Shown in pieces: positions 46,044-56,100 of a DNA stretch of 64,000 bases. A program made the translations under genes and the position numbers. A model generated the notes under the pieces. That model was not told where the DNA came from, did no database searches, and saw only the letters and a program-made list of their open reading frames with translations. The stretch comes from Blastocladiella emersonii ATCC 22665. Taxonomy: Eukaryota; Fungi; Blastocladiomycota. The stretch spans positions 1,612,001-1,676,000 of the forward strand of contig JANHCV010000004.1 in the NCBI GenBank assembly GCA_025594325.1, given 5' to 3'. Each line of letters opens with the position of its first letter. Positions within the stretch are counted from its first letter, which is position 1.

Positions 46044-48649
46044 ATGGCGGCGTCCAAACCGCCCGCCACCACCTTTTACAAGCGCGAGCTGCCGCCGACA
46101 TGCATCGACTACGCCTCGGCCCAGGGAAAGCACCTGTTCAAGGTGGCGCTGTCCGAGGGCAACATGGAGAGCTACTTTCGCCTCGCCAGCCAGTGCGTCG
46201 TCGTCTCCGTGGCCGCCGTGGCCGGGCCGTGCTGACATCGTCGCGCTCGCCATCACCACCGTCTAGGTTCACGACGCAGTCTGAGCCGGCCTTCTGCGGC
46301 CTCGGCACGCTCTGGTACGTCTTCGCCGCGTAGCTCCGTCCCGCCGACCACGCGCTCACGATCCCACTTGGCTCCACTCTCAGCATGGTGCTCAACTCGC
46401 TCGGCGTAGATCCGCAACGCGTACGTGTGCCGCGTGTGTGTGTGACCCGCGCGCGCGCGCCTGACTCGCCGACCTGACCTGACTCCCACGCCCGCGGTGC
46501 TGCGCCACCCTGTTGTAGCAATGGAAGGGACCCTGGCGGTGGTACGACGACTCGATGCTTGACTGCTGCCGGCCGCTCGAGGAGATCAAGCACACGGGCA
46601 TCACGCTGGGCGAGTTTGGGTGCCTCGCGCTGTGCAACGGGCTCGCCGCCAAGGTGTACCGCGCCGACCGCGTCAGCAAGGCCAAGTTTCTCCAGGACGT
46701 GGTGCGCACGTCGGCGCGCGAGGACGAGGTCCTGTGCGTCAGCTACAACCGCGGCACGCTGCAGCAGACGGGCAACGGTCACTTTTCGCCCGTCGCTGGA
46801 TACTGCGCCGCCCAGAATATGGTCCTGATCCTCGATGTCGCGCGGTTCAAGTACCCGCCCTACTGTACGCTCCCTCTCTCGACCTCGGCTCCGGTCAACC
46901 AACTCTCACCCGCTTTCCGCCCATCGTGTAGGGGTCTCGGTCGATCTGCTGTGGGAGTCGCTGCTGCCGCACGATCCGGACACCAACAAGCCGCGCGGCT
47001 ACGTGATCCTGAAGCGGCGCGAGCTCGAGGTCGCCTCGACGCTGCCCAAGCTGTCGCTGACCACGGCCACCATCGCCGTCCTCATGCACACGCTCTTTGA
47101 GGAGTTCCCGCGCAAGCTGTCGACGGACCCGGACCTCGAGAAGCTCTCGGTCGACGAGATCATCACCCGTCTCCTCGCGTGCATCCCCGAGGAGCTGTCC
47201 GAGGTGCTCCAGGAGCGCACCATCGACGACATTGCCACAGCCGTCGTCCAGCCGCAGCCGCCGAGCGGCCCCGGGTCGAGCACCGCGATCCCGACCACGG
47301 ACGGCGTGTCTGCGGTTGCGGTGGTCAACGGGATCACGGCGGCCCTCGTCGCGTCGCCCGTATCCGCGGAGCCGGAGGCAGGGCCGTCGGAGCCCGCCAC
47401 CGCCGTCGCGGCCGAGTCACGTCCCGCAACCGCCGAGACGCTCGGCTCGTACTACACGTCGCCGCGGACCATGTCGCGCGAGTCGCTGACGAGCGGGACC
47501 GACGGCGGGCTCGGGCTCGGCGAGACCCCGGTCGCGTCGCGGCGGCGCGACCGGCACGCGTCCATTGTCTCGTTCCGCAACCAGTACCAGCGGCAGCTCG
47601 ACCAGCTCATCCACCGCGTCCATGAGACGCCGCTGTGCGCGCGCGTCGTGCACGCGATGCGGCTCGGCGCCGTCCGCCACCGGTCCGTGTCGCTCGCCGC
47701 GGTCCCGCTGCCCACGCGCACGCCGTCGGCGGCTGACGGGCTCGGCGATCCGGCGTCGTGTGGGTCCAGTGCGGCGGCGGTGGGGAAGAGTAGTGGCGGC
47801 GGGACCACGCACCACCCGGCCAAGTGCCGGTTCTGCCGCCCCGACGACGGGTCGTGCGACGACCTGTTCTCGTCGCCGTCGGGCACCATCGGCCCGGCCG
47901 CCGCTGAGGCCGCGCCCTCGTCCGCCACCAACGCGGCGACGCGGTCGGGCACGTCAGGCCGCCCGCTCGGCGGCGTGCGGCCGGCAGATCCCAAGACCCC
48001 CGCGTTCCTGACGATGCTCCTCCTCGCCCTCCCCCTGAACCTGGTGCTGCCGCCCGAGAGCGAGCTCGAGGAGCGCAACGCGAAGCTGGCGTCGGACCTG
48101 CACGCGCTGTGGTCGCTCGAGCGCGCGCCGCTGCTCGTCAAGACCGAGGTCCAGGCGCTCGCCAACCAGGTCAACGCGCTGCGCCGCGCATGGTGCGAGG
48201 AGCACGCCGACCCCGCCAAGTCGCCGTGTATCCCGTGCAACGCCCTCGGCAACGCGTCGTCGGTCGCCAGCTTCATGTCCGGCAACGGCGTCCAGCCGCC
48301 CGCGAGTCCCGCGCAGTGCCCCGTGTCGCCCATCATTGGCGCGATCCCGTCGCAGGTCGCCGAGGCCGACGAGCAAGTGGCGGCGGCGGCCGCGGGGTCG
48401 GAGGGCGGGAAGCCTTCGGCGCCCTCGCTGCTGACGCTCGTCCAGGCCGACTTTGCCCAGGCCATGGACCTGTCGGGCGGGTGTGCCGGGTGCCGGCCAT
48501 CGGCTCCTTCGGCCGCGGATGCTGCGGCTGCTGCTGTGCCACCATCCGCGTCGACTGAGACGGCGCGCGGGAGCCCGTCGTCGTGTCCGCGACCCCACCT
48601 CGCCCAGCACGGCCACGACCGCGTCAACGGGGACTCGGCCGTGCCGTGA
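46044..48649 (+). CDS. PCS: Phytochelatin synthase, about 765 aa. Exons 46044-46192, 46267-46314, 46384-46420, 46519-46864, 46932-48649
   Basis: FYKRELP, TQSEPAFCGLGTL (Cys), WKGPWRWYDDSMLDCC, GHFSP (His), LILDVARFKYPPYW (Asp). Exon lengths sum to a multiple of 3. Confidence 0.95.
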
Positions 48650-48790
48650 GCCGTTCTGTGCCACACCATGTATCAAATAGACGTGTATTCCATACGGCAC
48701 GCCGTGATCAGCGTGGTGATGGTGCGTCAGCGGGGCGCGAGACGACGCGTTCTGCCACGCGCTCCCTCTATCAACACGTAAACGGCCGCC

Positions 48791-49765
48791 ATGTATCTCT
48801 TACACACGCGAACACGACTTGCTGCAACGTTATGTGCCCGCAGCCGCGTCGGCGCCGCCCTGGCGTGCAGCGGAGCGCGGAGTTTCACGGTCAGCGCGAG
48901 GAGGGAGAAGCAGGGTGCGTGAGCCCCCCTCCCCTGCGCCACGGACCCCACCCCCGTCTAACGCCCCGAATAGTCGAGGGCGTCGCGCGGCACAACCCGC
49001 TCAACATCCAAATGCTCTCGCCGTCGCTGCACGCGCAGCTGTTCCCGGGGCAGACGCGTGCCGTGGACGATCGCGCCGTCGCCATCTCGCAGGCGCACCT
49101 GCAGCACTGGGAGCTCGATATCGCGAAATCCACCTCGCTGCCGGACCTCGACCTGCGTCTCCCGCCGCTGCAGGGCCGCACCATCGCCGAGCACTTTGCC
49201 GCGCTCGGCCGCGACCAGGCCGCGCCGTACCTCGCCATCGTCGACGCGTACCTCGCGCGCGGCCCGGGCAGTGACCCGCCGCGGCCCACGGAATGGGTCG
49301 AGCAGGCCGGGTGGACGCGGTACGCACGCGACGGGACCGCGACGCGCGTGCCGTACCCCGAGGAGCCGCTGCTCGTCTTCGATATCGAGGTGCTCGTCCA
49401 GGTCAGCAACTTCCCCGTCATGGCGACCGCCATGGGCGCCGACGCGTGGTACGCGTGGGTGTCGCCGTGGCTCTACGCGACGGCGGGGGATGGCGGGCCC
49501 GACGACGTGCCGCGCGACCTGATCCCGCTCGGCCCGCACCGCAAGGTCGTCATCGGGCACAGCGTCGGGTACGACCGCGCGGCGGTCCTCGAGGAGTACT
49601 GTCTCGCGGGGTCCGAGACCGCGTTCCTCGACACGCTCTCGCTTCACGTCGCGACCAACGGCATGAGCTCCCAGCAGCGGCCCGCGTTCGATAAGGTCGA
49701 CCGCATCAAGCGCGCCGCGGCCAAGGCCAAGGCCGCCGAGGCCCTCGGCGTCGATGTACCCGCGC

Positions 49766-49796
<31 letters not shown>

Positions 49797-52465
49797 GCCC
49801 GCGTCCGGCAAAAAGTGGAAGGGTAAAAGCAGCAGCAGCGCCACCAAGTGGATGAAGCACACGACGGGCAACTCGCTCGCGGCCGTGTCCGAGTTCTACC
49901 TCGGGCGCACGCTCGACAAGGACGTGCGCAACGTGTTCGTCGAGGCGACCGACCGGCACACGCTGCTGACCGAGTTCGACGCCCTCATGAACTACTGCGC
50001 GGACGACGTGGCGGCCACCTCGGACGTGTTCCGCGTCGTGTTCCCGAAATTCCGCGCCAAGTGCCCGCACCCCGTCAGCTTCGTCGGGATGCTGCGCATG
50101 GGCTCGTGCTTCCTCCCCGTCAACCAGTCGTGGCCCGCGTTCGTCAAGACGTGCGACGCGCGCGTCGACGAGATGGTCGCGGCCATCGACCAGTACCTCG
50201 TCGACCTCGCGCACAAGACGGTCGAGGATTGCATCGACACGTCTGCCGCCCGGACGTGGAACGGGCAGCCGCCCGACCCCGACTTCCCGCTCAGCAGCTA
50301 CCTCCCCGAGACCCTGCACCGGCGCGACGGGGCCATCGACGCGAGCCCGTGGCTGTCGCAGCTCGACTGGGAGTGCCCGCCGCTCAAGCTGACCAAGAAG
50401 GGCGCGCCGTACAAGGCGGCCAAGCTGCCCAACTACCCGAACTGGTTCCGCGAGCTGTGGGACCCCAAGCTCAAGCGCATCACCATCACGCAGCGCAAGC
50501 ACGTCACGCCGCTGCTCCTGCACCTCGAGTGGGACGGCCACCCGCTCGTCTACTCGGCCGCGCACAAGTGGGGGTACATGGTGCACCCGGACAAGGCCGA
50601 GACGCACAACCCGGTCGGCCCCGAGATGTCCTTTGCCGGCGACTCGGACAACGCGGCCCTGTTCCGGCCCTGGCTCACCCGCGGCTACACCTTCTTCAAG
50701 CTCCCGCACAAGGACGGCGACGACGCCAACGCCGGCAGCCCCTTCTCCAAGTCGCTCGCCGCCTACTTTGACGACGGCACGCTCCGGTCCGAGCACCCGA
50801 TCGCCAAGAACGCGCTCGAGCTCCAGATGAAGGCCAGCTACTGGATCGCCGCCGGCGAGCGTATCCGCACCCAGCACGTCGTGTGGGACGACACGCCGGC
50901 CGACGCTCGCGGCGTCAAGCTCGGGATCCTGTCGCCGGCGGCGACGCCGGAGGAGGGCGAGGGCGGCAACGGCGGCGAGCGGTGGGGCATGATCCTGCCC
51001 AAGATGCACGTCATGGGCACCATCACGCGGCGCGCGGTCGAGCCGACGTGGCTCACGGCGAGCAACGCCAAGAAGAACCGGATCGGGTCGGACATCAAGC
51101 GGTACGTGGCGGCGCCGCCCGGGTACGCCATGGTGGGCGCGGACGTGGACTCGGAGGAGCTGTGGATCTCGAGCGTGCTGGGCGACGCGCAGTTTGGCCT
51201 GCACGGGTCGACGGCGCTCGGGTGGATGACGCTGCAGGGGACGAAGGCGGACGGGACCGACCTGCACTCGGTCACGGCCACGATTTTGGGGATTTCGCGC
51301 GACCAGGCCAAGCAGTTCAACTACGCGCGCATCTACGGCGCGGGGATCACGTTCGCAACCAACCTGCTCGCGCAGCACAACCGGCACCTGTCGGCGGCCG
51401 AGGCCGACGCCAAGGCGCGCACACTGCACGAGAAGACCAAGGGCATCAAGTCGGACGCGGTGCTCAAGGGCGTGACGCCGGCCGACTTTGAGTTCTGGAT
51501 GGGCGGGCGCGAGAGCTACATGTTCAACAGCATCGAGGCGATCGCGCACTCGGACGACCCGCGCACGCCCGTGCTCGGGTGCCAGATCCCGGACGCGCTC
51601 ATGCGCGAGCACTGCGGCGCGCAGTTCCTCACGTCGCGCATCAACTGGGTCGTGCAGTCGTCGGGCGTCGACTACCTGCACCTGCTGATCGTCGGCATGG
51701 ACCACCTGTGCGCCAGGCACGGGATCCAGGCCCGGCTCATGCTCACGATCCACGACGAAATCCGGTACCTCGTGCGCGACGAGGACAAGTACCGCGCGGC
51801 CATGGCGCTCCAGATCAGCAACCTATGGACGCGCGCCATGTTCGTGCACCAGATGGGGCTCGACGATCTGCCGCTGGTGCGTTTGGGCGGCGTGTGTGTG
51901 ACGACGGTCGCGGGCTCACGAGTGCGTCCCGCGAGTGTAGAGTGTGGCCTTCTTCTCGGCAGTCGACATCGACCACTGCCTGCGCAAGGAGGTGACGGAC
52001 CCGTGCATCACGCCAACGAACCCGACGCCCGTGCCGCCCGGCGAGGCCGTGGACGTGTACAAGCTGCTCGCCAAGGGCGCCGCGGCCGACCTGCGCGTCA
52101 CGGACCCGGTCCCGCCGCCGCCCGCCGCCGGCCAGCCGCTGCCGTCGCTCAACTCGCTGCAGCCCGACCGGCCCGTCAGCTGGCTCCTGCTCCAGTCGCA
52201 GGCGTCGGTCGAGGACTACCTCGCCAAGCGCGACACCATGGTCCCCGAGGCCGAGCTCGTGGATGCCGGCGAGGTGACGCACCGGCCCAGCAAGTACGCG
52301 TCGCGGAGCAGGACGGCGCGCGCGACGCAGGCGGCGGGGTCCGAGGCGGCGTACTACGAGCTGTCGTCGGTGCCGCCTGCCAAGGGCGACGCGTGGAAGA
52401 AGAAGGGCGGCACGGCGCCGGCGCGGGCCCGGGTCGTGGAGACCGAGGGGTTCTCGGTGCTGTAG
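48791..52465 (+). CDS. MIP1: Mitochondrial DNA polymerase gamma, about 1183 aa, introns 48915-48973 and 51877-51940
   Basis: Presequence exon [10 protein letters not shown]..., then NPLNIQMLS. Exo I FDIEV, Exo II GHSVGYD, Exo III YCADDV. Pol [10 protein letters not shown], Pol [17 protein letters not shown], Pol C IHDEIRY, then [17 protein letters not shown]. Confidence 0.97.
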
Positions 52466-53142
52466 AGGAGCGTCGCGCAGTATACCCGGTTTTGTACATT
52501 GCGTGCTCTGCGCTGAACTGGGAAGGCGAGCTGCACGCGGCCCAACCGGGAAGGTGCGGGACAGCGCGGGCCGACGCGTCGCGAAAAGGCGTGACCGCGG
52601 GGTGATGCGTGAGAGGTGCGAGACATCCCGATCGTTTTGTGCGCCACCTTGAGCCGAGCTTGACTCTTGACTTCTCTCTCCACTCTGCCCTCGCGCTCTC
52701 TCGCTAACGAGCCTTCGCCGCGACTCTACGCAACGGACCCCCGCTCGCCCTCTACTACGCGAGCCCCGTGAGTGCCGCTCCCACGCTCTCGCTCGCAGCA
52801 GCAGTCCTCGTCGAGTGGAGGCGCGCCGGCGTGCCATCATCAGCTCTGCTCTCGTTCCACTCGCGCCCAGGCCCTCGGACGCCCTGACGTCGCCGCCCTC
52901 GACTCCTCTGGTCCGCTTCGCCGCCGTGGCAGCTGCTCCTCGCTCTCGCGACTGACGCTGCGCTGCATTCGTTCAGGCAACTCTTGCGCACACCTGTTTC
53001 CTTCGTGCCGCCGAAGCCCCTGGTTGAGCGACTCGCCGTGTTCTGCTGTGCCACACGCAGGTACGGCCCACGCTTTCACGCCGCCGTGGGCCTCGCTGAC
53101 CCACTCCTCGCCCATCTAGCCCACCGCCGTCCTCTGCTCGCC

Positions 53143-56100
53143 ATGGTGGCCTCTGCCACCGAGCCATCGGCCGACCCGGCACTCTCGCCCATGGACGCTG
53201 CGCTCCCGGCCACGCCGACCACGCCGAGCGCGTCCCACGCCGACGAGGATGCCGAGGTCTCCGCCGTTCTCGAGCGCGCTTCGGCCGCACCATCGCGGTC
53301 GCCCGCCGGCGGCGTCCGCCACAGTCCCTCGCGCATGAGCCACCATCAGCTCGCGTCCGAGCCCGGCCTCGACATGATCCAGGAGTCGAACCTCGAGGAC
53401 GATGGCGCCGCCAACTCGCTCCCGCGCCCGCCGCGGACCCCCGAGCCGCCGCAGTCGCTCGACGCCTACCTCGCGACCTACGCGAGCGCCGCCGCCGCCA
53501 TTGCCGCTGCCGCCGGCGACTCGTCGTCGGGCCTCGGCTTCTACCACACCGCGGCCTCCGCGGCCCCGCCTGCGGTGGCCGTCAGCTCCGACGAGGAACC
53601 TCCCAGCGTCACGGGCATCCCCAGCGACGACGACTGGACGCACCCGGCATCGCCGTCCGCCCGCCCGCGCGTCCTTCTCTCGCCCACCGCCGTGCCCGCA
53701 TCCGTCGTCGCGGCCGGCGTTCCGCTGCTCCAGGTCAAGCGCCCGCTCGCGTTCCCGACCGTCGATGACCAGGTCCCCTCGACGGCCCCGCCCGCTGTGG
53801 TCGTCGATGAGGCCGAGCCCGAGCCTATTGAGCGGGTCGTGTCGCCCTCGCCGCCCGCGCCCGTCAAGGGCAAGGGTAAAGCCAAAGGCGCCGCTGGCGC
53901 CGTTGCCAAGGACACGGCCAAGCCGACGCGGTCCATTGTCGGCGCGCGCCGTGGCTCCGCCACCGCGGCCACAGCTGCGTCGACGGCCAAGGCGCAGGCG
54001 GCTGCGAAACCAAAGGTCACCACGAGCAAACCCGCCAAGCAGCCGTCCACGTCGCCCGCCCCCGCGCGCTCGACTACCGGCAGCAGCGTCATCACATCCC
54101 CGACGGGTCCCGCCCCGCGCGCCCTGTCGACCGTCTCGGGCGCGTCGCGCCGCAGCAGCAGCGCCGCCGGTCCCTCGGCCGTCGGCTCCTCCTCGGCGGC
54201 CTCGCTCGCCAACCTCCCGGCCTTCGCCGGCCCGCCCACGCGCCCTGGCGGCGCCGTCCACCACAGCACCAAGCGCCTGTCGCAGTTTGTCGAGCCCGAC
54301 GCCATGAGCATGCCGCGGTTCCCCGACCAGGACATGGCGCGGCTCTACGTGCGCCACGGCACCGCGTCGTTTGTCGGCTCCACGCCTGCCGCGTCCATGG
54401 TGTCGTCCGCCGGTCGCAACGGCGGCGGGCAGTCGGTGCACGACGACCGGTACTCGGTCGTCTCGGACCTCCTCATGGACTCGGTTTCGGTCGCCGGCGG
54501 GCAGCGCGCGAGCACGATCGGCGGCCGCGGCGTGACGCCCGCGGCGGCCGCGGCGCTCGGCATGCACCTCGGCAACGGCAGCGCGGCGACCACGGCGGCC
54601 GGGTCGGACCCGGACCGCCCGCTGTTCCCCATCACGCTGCCGCCCGCGGGCACGTCGCACCACGTGTGCCAGTGGGAGCTGTCCGTGTGCTGCCACGAGT
54701 GGCAGGACCCGAGCCCCACGATCCGGCGCGCGCCGCGCCTGTGCGGGCAGCGGTTCAACTCGGGCGACGCCCTGTACAAGCACCTGGTCGAGGCGCACTC
54801 GGGCGTCAACACGGCTGACCGGTGCGGGTTCTGCCACTGGCGCGGGTGCCTCAAGGTGTTCCGCAACTCGTCAAAGTACCTCCGCAAGGACCACTTCAAG
54901 AAGCACATCACCGAGCTCGTCGAGTACGTCTGCCTCGACTGCGGCCGCATCTGCGAAAAGGACTACGGGTCCGGGCGGCATATCTGCCGCGACCCGAGCC
55001 ACCAGTCGGGCGCCGCCGCGCTCCACGCCGACCTCGCGGCTGCTGCTGCGGCCGCCGCCGGGTCGTCGACGGGCGGGTCCATGGTCGACGGCGCGTTCCG
55101 CCGGCCCTCGATCGCCAGCTCCGAGTCCATGGGCGGCGACGACCTGTCCTCGGACGCCAGCCACCAGCACCTCGCCGTCCCGCCCCCGGCACCCGGCCAC
55201 CACGTCACCCGTATCGGCGTCCGCCGCGCCTCGGGCGTCGCGTCCGGCCTGCTCTCCACCATTGTCTCGGCCGGCACCTCGCCCGCGTCCACGCCGTCGC
55301 CCGTCCACGACGGGCCCGCGTCGCCTACGCGTTCCAGCGTGCGCCGCCCGTCGAGCGCGGGCACCCTCCCGCCGCCGCACTCGGGCACGCCGTCGCTCCA
55401 CGACGAGCTCCTCGTCGGTCCCGAGGATGGCCTCGCGGCACCCGGCTCGTCGTCGATGCACAGCCGCAAGGCGTCCAGCTCGGTCGAGGAGTGGGTCCGC
55501 AACGACGCCGTGTCGGCTATCCGCCGCGTCTCCCCCACAGCCCCGTCCGCGGCACCGTCGACCGTCAACGACCCGCTGTTCGCCGAGATCGACGAAGTCG
55601 ACCAGGCGCTCGGCACCCTCGACGGGGTCGCGCCCGCTCACGGTCATGGCCCGCGCAAGCTGTCGCTCGACGCGGTCCCCGCCGGCATGTCCGCGGCCGA
55701 GTTCCTCGCGCAGCACATTGACCCGGCGCTGTTCGCCGAGCTCGAGCGGCTGCTCGACGCCAAGAAGCGCGCGGCGTCGCCCGTGCCCGCGCCGGCGACG
55801 ATGTCGGAGGCGGCTACCGTTGCCGTGGCCGCGATCCCCGCCGTCGAAACGTCCGAGTGGGGCATCCAGACGTCCCCGCCCGCGAGCCCCGAGCTCGCGC
55901 CCGTCGAGGACCTCGTGTCCAGCGGCACGGGTACCGCCGAGCCCGTCGCCGACTCGCCCGACGCGTTCCCGCTCACGCAGCTCGCCGAGATCGCGGAGCT
56001 CGTCCTCGACCGACTCGGCGGCCTGCAGGCGGCGAGCGACGCGCAGAGCGTTGCGATCCAGGCGCTCCTCGACGGGCAGGCGCCGCTGCGGTCGGTCCCC

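Noticed and set aside
41456-52465. TRL1-PCS-POLG (plus PTH1) as a functional mitochondrial or metal-response cluster
   Set aside because: No shared pathway or shared motif is visible. Adjacency in a compact genome is a sufficient explanation without synteny data.
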